Of a stretch of 64,000 bases of DNA, positions 8,728 through 19,063 are shown in pieces (within the stretch, counting starts at the first letter, position 1; each line of letters opens with the position of its first letter). Origin of the DNA: an uncultured Candidatus Saccharibacteria bacterium (lineage in GTDB: Bacteria; Patescibacteriota; Minisyncoccia; Phycocordibacterales; JAKFXT01); contig CAZIPS010000003.1 of the NCBI GenBank assembly GCA_964541455.1, positions 2,663 to 66,662 on the forward strand, given 5' to 3'. The notes under the pieces are model-generated. The model saw only the letters and a list, made by a program, of their open reading frames with translations. It had not been told where the DNA came from and ran no database searches. Both the position numbers and the translations under genes were made by a program.

Positions 8728-10275
8728 ATGAGTAGCACGTTTGCGAAAGTTCACAGTGCCCAAACATTTCTCCTCGAAAGTTATATTGTTGATTGTGAAG
8801 TAGACCTTTCTTTAGGACTACATGCTTTCACTATTGTCGGACTCCCTGACAAGGCAGTGGAAGAAGCACGCGATCGTATTTCTGCTGCTATTAAGCATTC
8901 CGGTTTTGAATCACCAAAATCAAAAAACCAGAAAGTGGTTATTTCTCTCGCCCCCGCCCATCTTAAAAAAGAAGGTCCATCTTTTGATGTCCCTATGGCA
9001 CTTTCCTACCTTCTTGCAAGCGGTGAAATGCATTTTGATCCTCAACAAAAACTTTTTATTGGTGAACTTTCGCTCAACGGCGATATTCGAGGAGTACATG
9101 GAGTACTCCCACTTGTCCAAAAAGCCCTACAAAAAGGGTTTAAAGAAGTCTACGTTCCAAAAGAAAATGCCGAAGAGGCTGCACTTATTCGTGGTATTAC
9201 TATCTATGGTGTAGAAAACCTCAAGACACTTGTTGAACATCTTCATACGCCAACAAAAGGAGAGACGGGGGTAGCACATAAAAAGATACTTCCACAAAAA
9301 GAAACTGTTATTACTCCTTCCACACACCCGCATACAACAGATATAGCTGATATCAAAGGACAAGAAAGTGCCAAACGTGGACTTCTTATTGCGGCCGCAG
9401 GCGGGCACAACATCGCACTCTTCGGCCCGGCTGGCACTGGTAAAACAATGCTTGCTCGAGCAATGCAGGGAATACTGCCAACACTTTCCTATGAAGAAAT
9501 CCTTGAAGTAACGAGTATCTATTCAGTTGCTGGATTACTTAAGGAGCCATACATTACGACAACACCTTATCGCGCACCGCATCACACTGCTTCTTATGTA
9601 TCGCTTGTAGGTGGTGGTGCCTTTCCAAAACCAGGAGAAGTAACATTGGCTCATAGAGGAGTTCTTTTTATGGATGAATTCCCTGAATTCGAAAGGCGCG
9701 TTATTGATGCGCTAAGACAGCCTCTTGAAGATAGAGTTGTTTCGATCAATAGACAAAGAGGGTCTGGCGTATTTCCTGCAAATTTTATTTTAATCGTGGC
9801 CTTTAACCCATGTCCTTGTGGGAATTATGGTTCTCAAAAACCTTGCCGCTGTAATCCAGGGGACATCATACGCTACCAAAAGAAAATCTCGGGACCCATC
9901 GCAGACCGTATCGATATGTGGATTGAAGTTCCTCTTCTTGCATACGACACACTTACCCAAAAACAACATACCGACGACTCGGCCACCTATACAAAGAAAA
10001 TAATTGCCGCAAAAGAAAGGGCGGGGAAGCGCTATAGTGCGCTAGGCAAGACTCGTTCAGCGGATCTTTCAGCAAAAGAATTAGAAATGTATGTCCCTCT
10101 ACATGAGACAGTTCGAAAACTTCTCATACGCTCATCAGAAAAACTAATGCTTTCTGCCAGAAGCTACCACAAAGTAATAAAAGTAGCGCGTACCATAGCA
10201 GATCTTGAAGAAAGTAAGAACATTACCGAAGCCCATCTCCTTGAAGCGCTGCAATATCGTCAGAAAATACACTAG
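8728..10275 (+). CDS. comM: YifB/ComM Mg-chelatase-like AAA+ ATPase
   Basis: IVGLPDKAVEEARDR, GPAGTGKT, PGEVTLAHRGVLFMDEFPEF, ISGPIADRID. Confidence 0.95.
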   Translation: MSSTFAKVHSAQTFLLESYIVDCEVDLSLGLHAFTIVGLPDKAVEEARDRISAAIKHSGFESPKSKNQKVVISLAPAHLKKEGPSFDVPMALSYLLASGEMHFDPQQKLFIGELSLNGDIRGVHGVLPLVQKALQKGFKEVYVPKENAEEAALIRGITIYGVENLKTLVEHLHTPTKGETGVAHKKILPQKETVITPSTHPHTTDIADIKGQESAKRGLLIAAAGGHNIALFGPAGTGKTMLARAMQGILPTLSYEEILEVTSIYSVAGLLKEPYITTTPYRAPHHTASYVSLVGGGAFPKPGEVTLAHRGVLFMDEFPEFERRVIDALRQPLEDRVVSINRQRGSGVFPANFILIVAFNPCPCGNYGSQKPCRCNPGDIIRYQKKISGPIADRIDMWIEVPLLAYDTLTQKQHTDDSATYTKKIIAAKERAGKRYSALGKTRSADLSAKELEMYVPLHETVRKLLIRSSEKLMLSARSYHKVIKVARTIADLEESKNITEAHLLEALQYRQKIH

Positions 10276-10278
10276 CCG

Positions 10279-10328
10279 AAAAAAAAGAAACACCGGCGAT
10301 TACTCATCGCCGGTGTTTCTTTTTTTTA
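10279..10328. terminator. Bidirectional terminator
   Basis: AAAAGAAACACCGGCGAT-tactc-ATCGCCGGTGTTTCTTTT between convergent genes. Confidence 0.88.
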
Positions 10329-10329
10329 T

Positions 10330-11343
10330 TTAAAAAGGATTGGCTGCACCGCGAATTTCAAAGTGTAGATGCACCCCAGTTGCCTTGCCTGTGCGTCCCA
10401 TTTCTCCAATAATCTGCCCTTGAGTAACTATTTCTCCAACCCCTACAAGGTTTTTACTCAAGTGACCATAAAGTGTTTGCGTCCCATTATCATGCTTAAC
10501 CACAATATAATTTCCATATCCAGCATTCCATCCCGACGTACGACTGATAATAACTACGCCTGAAGCTGAAGCCATGATGGGTGCCCCAAAATAACTTGCG
10601 AGATCCACTCCGTTGTATCCATGTAACCCTTGTGTTTTGACTCCTCCTAGAATAGGCCGAGCGTAATAATTCTCGATAAGTGGACCGCTTGCACTCCTCC
10701 TCCATGGGTTAGTTCCGCTTGATGTTCTTCCTACACCAGAAGATTGTGGTTGTGGCGCAATTTCACCATCAGGAACGATGATGGTATCCCCAACAGCAAG
10801 ATCACCTCCTATTTCGATATTGTTATATTGTGCAATTTCATCCGCATCAGCTTTATACTTTTTGGCGAGCGTTTTTAGAGTATCACCCTTAACTACTGTG
10901 TGACGCACCCCTGAAATAGGGAGGATGACGAGGGTGTCGCCTGGTTTTACCACCCCACCTTTAATATCGTTGGCCCAGGCTATAGTATTTTTTGAAACAT
11001 TGAACATCTTTGCAATTGAAGAAAGAGAATCTCCGGCGCGCACCACGTAGAGACTAATATGGCTACTTTCTCCGTCTTTTTCCTCCACTTCAAGCGCTGT
11101 TCCCGAAGGACCGTCCTCTGACAAAAGGGCTGTTCCTCCAACCACGGTAATATCCCCCCCACCCTTAGCTGGGTTAGGGTCTAGGTTTACTGCTGCCTGC
11201 AAAAGCGTCATGTTCTGGCTATTTACAGAGCGTTCTTCGGTACTTGTGCTCTTATTTTTTGCAAAAAGGTTAGTAAAAGCCGAAAAAACCCCCGCTTCTG
11301 CAGAAAAAGGCGCCAACAAAGAAATGAGGAGTGAAAAAAACAC
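10330..11343 (-). CDS. LysM + M23 family peptidoglycan endopeptidase (start uncertain)
   Basis: Two LysM repeats (YVVRAGDSLSSIA, HTVVKGDTLKTLA); M23 motifs HGYNGVD, YGHL, HLHFE. Confidence 0.92.
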   Translation of the reverse strand: MFFSLLISLLAPFSAEAGVFSAFTNLFAKNKSTSTEERSVNSQNMTLLQAAVNLDPNPAKGGGDITVVGGTALLSEDGPSGTALEVEEKDGESSHISLYVVRAGDSLSSIAKMFNVSKNTIAWANDIKGGVVKPGDTLVILPISGVRHTVVKGDTLKTLAKKYKADADEIAQYNNIEIGGDLAVGDTIIVPDGEIAPQPQSSGVGRTSSGTNPWRRSASGPLIENYYARPILGGVKTQGLHGYNGVDLASYFGAPIMASASGVVIISRTSGWNAGYGNYIVVKHDNGTQTLYGHLSKNLVGVGEIVTQGQIIGEMGRTGKATGVHLHFEIRGAANPF

Positions 11344-11609
11344 CCCATTTCGTAGGAAAATAGTGAAAAACGTACTATGTGGCTCTTCCTGTGTAGACGT
11401 AGAAAGAGTGTGTGAAATGTCTTTTTTTATAAGCCGATGAATATTAGGGTCTCTCCTTACAGCAATATATGGCTCTAATAAGCCATAGCAACCTCTCCGT
11501 ATTCCTTCTTTATATAAACTATAGACCTCCTGCCACGTAAGTCAACCTTGACGAAATGGGGTTGTGGATAAATAAAATAAGGCCTACATAGTGCTATACT
11601 ATTACTGTT

Positions 11610-14600
11610 ATGTCTACAAATCCTCCTCCTGGTGATCCTGCGATTGAAAAAGGTGCCACCCTTTCGTCAAAAACCCTCGTCGAACAGGCGCTTTCCGTTC
11701 TTCAAGACAAGGAAGATCTCGAAATTAAGGATATCCTCGCTGAACTTAGCAAAAACAATACCCCCCTTGAAGAAGGCGAGGTGATTAAGGAACTCGAAGA
11801 GCTTGGGTATGATATTGAAATAGTCGACCCTCCAACTAAAACTAAGGCTTCAAACACTGAAATTCCTCCTACCCACCATACACCCTCACCAGTAAAAAAA
11901 ATTCCTTCACTTAAAGAACTAAATGCTAGGGTCAAGACGGTCGTTGATGAAAAGTATGAAGGGAAAAGACCTCCAGCACTAGAAAAGGATGTAGCGAGGA
12001 TAATGAGGGATATTTCAAACACTCTCAAGCTTATTGACGCACGTGAGGGAAAGAAAAAAACACCAGAAGACAAAGAAAAGCTCGATGATCTGTATCTTGC
12101 CTTTGAACGCCTTGTTGAGGATTTTGAAAAACATACTCCAAGCCTAGAGGAGCCAAAAAAAGAGCCGCACACAGAAAAAGACCCAGCGAAGACCGCTGCG
12201 CACCGTACCATCCCCACCCTTAAAGAACTCCGAGCTCGTGTACAGACTGTTGTTGATGAAAAGTATGGAGGGGAGAATCCTCCGGCCCTTGAGCAAGACA
12301 TCCGCGGCATAGTCAAAAATATTACTGACATTCTTGCGGAAGTCGAAAAGCGCAAAGGTAAAAGAAAAACGCGCGAAGAAAAAGAGGAGCTTGATAATCT
12401 GTATCTTGCTTTTGAACGCCTTGTTGAGGATTTTGAGAAACATACTCCGAACCTTGAAGGAGCGAAAACAGAAACTGGAGACACAACAGAGCCCGCAAAG
12501 AGAGGATGGAGTAGGGAAATGCAGCTACATACAGAACCAGCACATACCGAGGAAGAAATAGTGTTTTTGCGGAGTAAGGGATGGACTGATGATGATTTCA
12601 AACGACACAAAGAAGCTCACATAAGTGAGGAATTACTACGCGCTGAAAAAGCCCGTCTTGAGCGAGAAATTAAGCGTCTCGAAGAAAGGGACGCTCTTAC
12701 TCCCAGTGCTCTTTTTGAAGGTGAGAAATGGCTTTTGAAATACAACCTTAGACCAAATCTAGCCGAAATTAACAAAACCTTAGCCAAAATAGAGGCTAAA
12801 AAAAGTCCTGCCATACCAAGCGCTGTTGCTACACCCTCGCCAGTTGATACCTCACCTAACAGTACCCCCTCAAAAACACCCGAGACTTCAAATGATCTAT
12901 TGGAGATTGCTGAACTAGCTAAACTCCACCAAAAAAGACTTTCACTTCAACAACTTGTTGAAAGTACCATGGACCTCGACGCTCGAACTCTTTTTGAAGA
13001 AGACTTACAAAAGGTTGAGGAAGAAATACAAGAGCGCATGAAAACTGCTCCACAAGGAGGAGCGTATGAAGCGAGTGCCCGTATTGAACATGAACTTATT
13101 TCGACACCTTCCTCCCCACACGCAACTAATCCCGACCTTCTTACGCTTGAAGGACAGAAACAGGCGCGCATCGATGCCCTCCTTAATCGTCTTACCGAAA
13201 ACCCCGATGACGTAGCTGTCCTTACCGAAGTTGCTATAGGCCTTGCCAAAGAAACCAATGACCCTGATACTATCGCCGAAAACAATTTAGTAGTCACCAT
13301 GGCACAAGATGAAACAGGCCCCTCCGCACTTAGTCACCAACAAGAGATGTTAAGGGAGGAGATAGGTATACTTCAAGCAAAGCTTACTGCATTAGGATTT
13401 ATTGCCCATAAACACCCTGTAAACATTGCCACCCCCCCTTCGCCAGAAACTGAAACACAAGGAGAAACTGCCGCACTTGAAAAAGCGGCTACTGCGGGAA
13501 TCGAGCACATAGAGCGTATGCTCGATGAAAATATGGCCAATGCAAAAAAGAATTGGACTACCTACGGCAAAGCATGGGCCTTAAATGCTTTTACCGAAAT
13601 TGGCGAGCAGTATAGTAAAGCCCCCTTGAAATTAAAACTTGCCCTTTCTGCCACCCTTATTGGGGCAGGATTATTTGGTGGGGGAGCAGTGGCTGGAGCT
13701 ATCGGCAGTATTGCTCTTGCACAAAGAGCATTTGGTTTTGCAGGCACTTATGTTGGTGTAGAGGCTGTTCTTGCGCGTGTCCGTGAACAAAAATTTAGAA
13801 AAGGAAAAGAGTTAGGACTTTTTACGAGTCACACAAAAGCGACCGCTTCAGTACTCGCTGCGCTTCTCGGTTCCGCTGCGCCATACGCTTTTAGTTATGC
13901 TATGGAAGCAAGTGAAAGACAGATCGGATCACTCATCTCGAGCCCCGAAGGACAGAAAATTTTAGCTGCCTTTTTTAGCAATGAATATGTGCAGACCATC
14001 AAAGGTGCCATTCAAGACAATCTCCCTTCTCCAAAAGGAGTACCGGTTGAACGGGTAACTACAGCGTCAACTACAACTGCTGCCGAACCATCAGATGCTA
14101 CACATCAAATATCACCTACAACAAATGTCGAACATGCAACTTCTACCATTAAACAATTTACTGATGCCATCGATCGACCAGGGGACTCTGTGTGGCGCTC
14201 GATGAAAGAAATTATCCGCAACAATGCAGAAGATTTCGGTTGGAAAGAAAACAACATCACAAGCAAAGAATTGTGGCTTGATCGTCGTGTTGCCGAAATC
14301 ATGCAAAACAATCCTGACATTGCGCAGCAAAACTTAGTCCACGAAGGGGGCCAAGTACATCTTGAAATTGTTGATGGAAATATAAACGCCTACTACGAAC
14401 CCGCCAAAGGTTTTGAAAATGCCCCACAAAGTCTTCCAGAAAAAATTATGCCAACACCTGTAACCACTGAGTACGCACCACAAGAAACCTCTCTCTCCAC
14501 AACACCTACATCCCCAGTTGAACAGACTGATGTGCCGATCATTATCCATCCAACTGATATACCGGACGAAACTCCTCCAGCTTCGGAAGATGGGCAAATC

Positions 14601-15041
14601 TTTGAAGGGGCAGGGAATCGTACTTCAACCTCTATTGAAACAAAAGTTGCTGACACTCCGAAAACAACAGTGGAGCAAGTACTTTCAAAGGCAGAACTTT
14701 TACATGTTCAAACAGAAGTGGTTACCCGCATCGATAGTGAGTTTGCAAAACCATCTTTCTTTGGGTTTGGTGGAGTTCCAGGAGTTAATACCACTGAATG
14801 GTCAGACATCCAAAAAATTCCCGCAAGTGAAATTCTCGCTGCGCCAAGTTTTGAAAAATTAAATATTCGATTTAAAGAACTTGTTCCAGACCTCACCCCA
14901 TATGCATATGAAAAAGCGCACCACCTTCTTCTTGAAGCAAGTAAACAAAGTGGTACCATTCCAGTAAGTTCAGAAGATTCTTATACATACCTTACCCGAT
15001 CAGTTAAAGAACAATTTATTAAAAGTAAATACATCGCATAA
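11610..15041 (+). CDS. Large hypothetical protein with internal repeat, central hydrophobic segments and a LysM-like motif
   Basis: 1143-aa ORF; extended -10 TGCTATACT 9 nt before ATG. Confidence 0.85.
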   Translation: MSTNPPPGDPAIEKGATLSSKTLVEQALSVLQDKEDLEIKDILAELSKNNTPLEEGEVIKELEELGYDIEIVDPPTKTKASNTEIPPTHHTPSPVKKIPSLKELNARVKTVVDEKYEGKRPPALEKDVARIMRDISNTLKLIDAREGKKKTPEDKEKLDDLYLAFERLVEDFEKHTPSLEEPKKEPHTEKDPAKTAAHRTIPTLKELRARVQTVVDEKYGGENPPALEQDIRGIVKNITDILAEVEKRKGKRKTREEKEELDNLYLAFERLVEDFEKHTPNLEGAKTETGDTTEPAKRGWSREMQLHTEPAHTEEEIVFLRSKGWTDDDFKRHKEAHISEELLRAEKARLEREIKRLEERDALTPSALFEGEKWLLKYNLRPNLAEINKTLAKIEAKKSPAIPSAVATPSPVDTSPNSTPSKTPETSNDLLEIAELAKLHQKRLSLQQLVESTMDLDARTLFEEDLQKVEEEIQERMKTAPQGGAYEASARIEHELISTPSSPHATNPDLLTLEGQKQARIDALLNRLTENPDDVAVLTEVAIGLAKETNDPDTIAENNLVVTMAQDETGPSALSHQQEMLREEIGILQAKLTALGFIAHKHPVNIATPPSPETETQGETAALEKAATAGIEHIERMLDENMANAKKNWTTYGKAWALNAFTEIGEQYSKAPLKLKLALSATLIGAGLFGGGAVAGAIGSIALAQRAFGFAGTYVGVEAVLARVREQKFRKGKELGLFTSHTKATASVLAALLGSAAPYAFSYAMEASERQIGSLISSPEGQKILAAFFSNEYVQTIKGAIQDNLPSPKGVPVERVTTASTTTAAEPSDATHQISPTTNVEHATSTIKQFTDAIDRPGDSVWRSMKEIIRNNAEDFGWKENNITSKELWLDRRVAEIMQNNPDIAQQNLVHEGGQVHLEIVDGNINAYYEPAKGFENAPQSLPEKIMPTPVTTEYAPQETSLSTTPTSPVEQTDVPIIIHPTDIPDETPPASEDGQIFEGAGNRTSTSIETKVADTPKTTVEQVLSKAELLHVQTEVVTRIDSEFAKPSFFGFGGVPGVNTTEWSDIQKIPASEILAAPSFEKLNIRFKELVPDLTPYAYEKAHHLLLEASKQSGTIPVSSEDSYTYLTRSVKEQFIKSKYIA
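11901..12458 (+). repeat. Intragenic tandem duplication (two ~83-aa units, 309-nt period)
   Basis: IPSLKELNARVKTVVDEKY...LDDLYLAFERLVEDFEKHTPSLE versus IPTLKELRARVQTVVDEKY...LDNLYLAFERLVEDFEKHTPNLE. Confidence 0.95.
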
Positions 15042-15043
15042 GT

Positions 15044-15349
15044 ATGAATGAACAAGACATCGCAGCACTCGCCGCAAAAGATCTCGGAATTGAAACATTA
15101 AGCCCAGACATGCAAAAAGATGTTTTAGCGCGCCTCGGAGAAGCATCACTTAAAGGAGCGCTCCTTGAAATATTTGAAAAGCTCCCGCCAAGCGCTGAAG
15201 AAGAATTCAAGAAAATTTCTGAAAGCGGTGATCTTGCAAAGACACAATATTTTTTGAAACAACAGATTCCTGACTACGAGTCCATTATGAAACGGCACAT
15301 CACAAAAACCGTTGAAGAATTCAAGCGAGTAAAAGCTGGACTTTCCTAA
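15044..15349 (+). CDS. Small helical hypothetical protein (DUF5663-like)
   Basis: 101 aa, coupled to the upstream gene; LGIETLSPDMQKDVL...FLKQQIPDYE pattern; family assignment from memory. Confidence 0.7.
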   Translation: MNEQDIAALAAKDLGIETLSPDMQKDVLARLGEASLKGALLEIFEKLPPSAEEEFKKISESGDLAKTQYFLKQQIPDYESIMKRHITKTVEEFKRVKAGLS

Positions 15350-15498
15350 CAAAAATCCCCTTTCTTTAGAAAAGAGAGAGGGGTGTCCGCTTAGTTTCAC
15401 AATTAAAACTCCCTAGAGAAAGCCATGTGATCTAACATGCGCTTTTTTGTTTTACGCCATAAGTTACACACCAGCTTCTCCGTGTTACACTTCTTCTC

Positions 15499-17448
15499 AT
15501 GTCGGAAACTCATACACTAAATAGTGAGCAACAAAAAGCCGTGGCTCACACAGAGGGTCCCCTTCTTATCCTCGCGGGAGCAGGGGCAGGCAAAACAAAA
15601 ACCATCGCCCACCGCATACTTCATCTTGTAAAAAAGGGAGTGGCTCCACACACTATTTTGGCAGTTACCTTCACCAACAAATCAGCAAGTGAAATGCGCG
15701 AACGCATCCATGGACTTATTGAGCATGATGCTACATTACATCTCCCTGTTTCTTCTCATGAACTTCCTTTTGTCTCAACATTCCACGCGCTTGGTGTCTA
15801 CATTATTAAAAGGGAAGCGGCACGCCTTAACCTTCCACGCCACTTCACTATCTTTGATCGCAGTGACTCACTCTCTGCGGTCAAAGAAGGACTAAAGCAA
15901 CTTTCTCTTGACCCAAAACAATTTGAGCCAACAAAATTTCTCAGCATTATTTCACGCAAAAAAGGGGAGGGTATTTCACTCCATGAATATGAAAGTGTCG
16001 CCACTGAAAATTATATTGATCGACTTTTATTGAGTGTATGGCAACACTACGAAAAAAAACTAAAAGAAGAAAAAGCGCTCGACTTTGACGACCTGCTTCT
16101 AAAAACAAAAAATTTGTTGCGCGACACTCCTGAAGTGCGAAAGACTTACCAAACAATGTGGCAATACATTCACATTGATGAGTATCAAGATACAAACCGT
16201 GTGCAATACGAGATCACCAAACTTCTTGCTGGAGACCAACATAATATCTGTGTTGTCGGAGACATTGATCAGAGTATTTATTCTTGGCGCGGCGCTGATT
16301 TTAAAAATATTATGCGCTTTGAAAAAGATTATCCAGAAACAGAAACTATTCTCCTTGAACAAAACTATCGTTCGAGTAAAACGATTTTGAAAGCCGCCAA
16401 CATGATCATTGAAAAGAATACGCTGCGCAAAGAAAAAAATCTTTTCACTGAAAACGAAGAAGGGGAGAAACTACTTCTTTTTGGTGCATATGATGAAGCA
16501 CAAGAAGCAGCATACATTGCTGGCAAAGCACGCAGCCTTATCGAAACGGGAGTACAAGCTTCAGAGATTGCAATACTATACCGTGCCAACTTTCAATCAC
16601 GCATCCTCGAAGAAAAATTTTTGCACGCTGACATTCCTTATCAAGTGCTCGGCGTACGCTTCTTTGAGCGCAAAGAAGTGCGCGAAGTGATTTCATATCT
16701 TCAAGCTGCTTTTAACGAAGAGAGTACTGCTGATATAAAACGCACGATCAACATGCCACCACGCGGCATCGGTAAAACAACGCTTCTTAAAATTTTTGCG
16801 CACGATGAAAAAAGTTTACCCGCGAGCACCCGCGCAAAAATTGAAACATATCGAAGCATGCTTCGTCGCATCAAAGAGGTAGCGCTTTCAACACCACTTT
16901 CAGAAACATTGCATTTCATTATCGAAGAGTCACAACTTAAAACGTATTACGAGGAAGCGGGCACTGATGGGGAAGAGCGATTAGAAAATATGTATGAACT
17001 TATTGCTGTGGGAAGTAAGTATGACCTCTTTCCTTCTGAAGAAGCGGTGGATAAATTTTTGACCGACACCGCGCTTGCAAGCGATCAAGATGATTTAAAC
17101 GAAAAGAAAAATGGGGTACGCCTCATGACCGTGCATGCTTCAAAAGGGTTGGAGTTTGATTATGTGTTTATTTCAGGGCTTGAAGAAGATTTGTTCCCAC
17201 ACGGAAAACCGGATGGTGGGAAGAAAAATATGGAAGAAAGTGAGGAAGAGCGACGCCTGTTTTACGTGGCACTCACACGCGCACGCAAAAAACTTTTCCT
17301 TACTTATGCCTCGATTCGTAGTATGTTTGGGAACCGTATGATTAACGCCCCCTCATCATTTCTCGACGACCTTGCACCGGAAATACTTGAAAGCGAGCAT
17401 GACGGACCTGACAACTACCACGGCAAAGTTATTTATCTTGAAGATTAG
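15499..17448 (+). CDS. pcrA: ATP-dependent DNA helicase PcrA/UvrD
   Basis: LAGAGAGKT, IDEYQD, VGDIDQSIY, LEQNYRS, MTVHASKGLEF, EERRLFYVALTRA. Confidence 0.96.
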   Translation: MSETHTLNSEQQKAVAHTEGPLLILAGAGAGKTKTIAHRILHLVKKGVAPHTILAVTFTNKSASEMRERIHGLIEHDATLHLPVSSHELPFVSTFHALGVYIIKREAARLNLPRHFTIFDRSDSLSAVKEGLKQLSLDPKQFEPTKFLSIISRKKGEGISLHEYESVATENYIDRLLLSVWQHYEKKLKEEKALDFDDLLLKTKNLLRDTPEVRKTYQTMWQYIHIDEYQDTNRVQYEITKLLAGDQHNICVVGDIDQSIYSWRGADFKNIMRFEKDYPETETILLEQNYRSSKTILKAANMIIEKNTLRKEKNLFTENEEGEKLLLFGAYDEAQEAAYIAGKARSLIETGVQASEIAILYRANFQSRILEEKFLHADIPYQVLGVRFFERKEVREVISYLQAAFNEESTADIKRTINMPPRGIGKTTLLKIFAHDEKSLPASTRAKIETYRSMLRRIKEVALSTPLSETLHFIIEESQLKTYYEEAGTDGEERLENMYELIAVGSKYDLFPSEEAVDKFLTDTALASDQDDLNEKKNGVRLMTVHASKGLEFDYVFISGLEEDLFPHGKPDGGKKNMEESEEERRLFYVALTRARKKLFLTYASIRSMFGNRMINAPSSFLDDLAPEILESEHDGPDNYHGKVIYLED

Positions 17449-17547
17449 CCATCCTTAGTGAGGTTAATTATCCACCATAGAATCATTGACTTTTTAAGTC
17501 TTTTGCGGTTTAATTTACGTAAACTAACCACACCTAGGAGGTGTGCC

Positions 17548-18138
17548 ATGAAGTTCTTCAGAATCACACTGTTCGCGGCTTTCGGCCTCGGCCTGACGTA
17601 TACTTCGTCGTTCGGGCAACAGCTCGCAGCTCTGGCCCCCACAAGCGAAGCGGTGAAGTGCCAGGCCAAACTCTCCCTCGAGGAAACCCCCGAAACAAAG
17701 GTGGCGCTCGAGGAAAACGAGTACCCAGAAACCGCGACCCCCGTTCTCGCATACGCCCTGCGGCAAATCGCTTGCCTTGAAGGCGAGTCCGAGGTCCAGA
17801 TCTCCCTCAAGATCCTCTCTATCGACTGGGACTGGACACCGGGAGGAGCGTTTGTTTCGGTCTTCACCGGCATCTTCGGTGGACCAAGCAACTCACTGGG
17901 GTCCATCAAGGGGAAGGCGGCAGTTGAAATAACTGTTCGCACCAAGGGAAAGGTGGTCACGGCACAAGGCGCAGCAGAGGAGAAAACCCTCTACAAGCCC
18001 GAACCGAAAATGATCATCGACGATCGCCCAGCACTCCCCATCGGCGGCGGATGGTCACGGCCGAACAACAAGGTTGGGGGAATGCTCCTCAATCAAGCAA
18101 TCGGCCAGGCCCTCAAGAAGGCCTTCGAGCAACTGTAG
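17548..18138 (+). CDS. Secreted hypothetical protein, GC-rich orphan
   Basis: AGGAGG SD before ATG 17548; signal peptide MKFFRITLFAAFGLGL; TTGACT at 17486; terminator after the stop. Confidence 0.75.
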   Translation: MKFFRITLFAAFGLGLTYTSSFGQQLAALAPTSEAVKCQAKLSLEETPETKVALEENEYPETATPVLAYALRQIACLEGESEVQISLKILSIDWDWTPGGAFVSVFTGIFGGPSNSLGSIKGKAAVEITVRTKGKVVTAQGAAEEKTLYKPEPKMIIDDRPALPIGGGWSRPNNKVGGMLLNQAIGQALKKAFEQL

Positions 18139-18152
18139 AGGCGATGCCACTA

Positions 18153-18179
18153 CAGCCCCCGGGTTCGCCCGGGGGTTTT
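18153..18179 (+). terminator. Intrinsic terminator
   Basis: AGCCCCCGGG-ttcg-CCCGGGGGTTTT. Confidence 0.8.
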
Positions 18180-18186
18180 ACATTAT

Positions 18187-18972
18187 ATGAAACCAAAAAA
18201 ACAATTAGGGCAAAATTTCCTTACCTCTTCTCAAGTAGTAGAGGATATTGTGCGTGCAGGAGATATTGGGAGCAATGATATTGTCCTTGAAATTGGCCCT
18301 GGAAAGGGATTTTTAACACAAAAACTCCTTGAAAAGGCAAAAAAAGTGATCGCCATTGAGAAAGACAGGGAGCTTATCCCATTTTTGCAAGAAAAATTTG
18401 CTTTTTTTATAGAAAATGGACAACTTGAGCTTGTTGAAGCTGACATCCTCCTCTATGACCCTGCCCTACACAGCCTAAAGGCACAAGGGTATAAGCTTAT
18501 TGCAAACATTCCATACTATATTACAGGGGAAATCCTCCAAAAATTCCTAGAAACCCCTCTTCACCCCTCACTTATGGTGCTTATGGTCCAAAAAGAGGTG
18601 GCGGCCCGCATTATAGCTACAAACAAGAAAGAAAGCCTTTTGTCTCTGAGTGTAAAAGCTTATGGCACGCCCTCTATAGTACGAAAAGTAGGAAAGGGGA
18701 GCTTTTACCCATCCCCGTCTGTTGATTCAGCGGTTATCAAAATAGCCACTATTTCTAAAAATTTCTTTGGAAAAGTAGGCGAGAAAGCCTTTTTTACCAC
18801 CCTAAAAACTGGTTTTTCTCACAAAAGAAAGTTTTTAATCAACAATCTAACTCCACTTGCTGAAAAAGTGGTTCTCGAAACACTTTTTGCCGATCTTGAG
18901 CTCCCACTCACTATCCGAGCTGAAGATGTGTCATTAGAAAACTGGAAGCAACTCACTTCTCACCTTTCTTGA
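18187..18972 (+). CDS. rsmA: 16S rRNA adenine dimethyltransferase
   Basis: KKQLGQNFL, VLEIGPGKG, ANIPYYIT, MVQKEVA. Confidence 0.96.
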   Translation: MKPKKQLGQNFLTSSQVVEDIVRAGDIGSNDIVLEIGPGKGFLTQKLLEKAKKVIAIEKDRELIPFLQEKFAFFIENGQLELVEADILLYDPALHSLKAQGYKLIANIPYYITGEILQKFLETPLHPSLMVLMVQKEVAARIIATNKKESLLSLSVKAYGTPSIVRKVGKGSFYPSPSVDSAVIKIATISKNFFGKVGEKAFFTTLKTGFSHKRKFLINNLTPLAEKVVLETLFADLELPLTIRAEDVSLENWKQLTSHLS

Positions 18973-19063
18973 TTTTTCCCTTGCCAGAAAAGCTGCGCAA
19001 TCCACAAAAAACGTTTTATATAAGCCATTAAAGACAACATGTCTGATATACTTTATGTAGGCT

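Noticed and set aside
11702-12610. 302-aa antisense ORF and the many other shadow ORFs in the track
   Set aside because: They lie opposite or out of frame to well-supported genes and have no recognisable motifs or expression signals.
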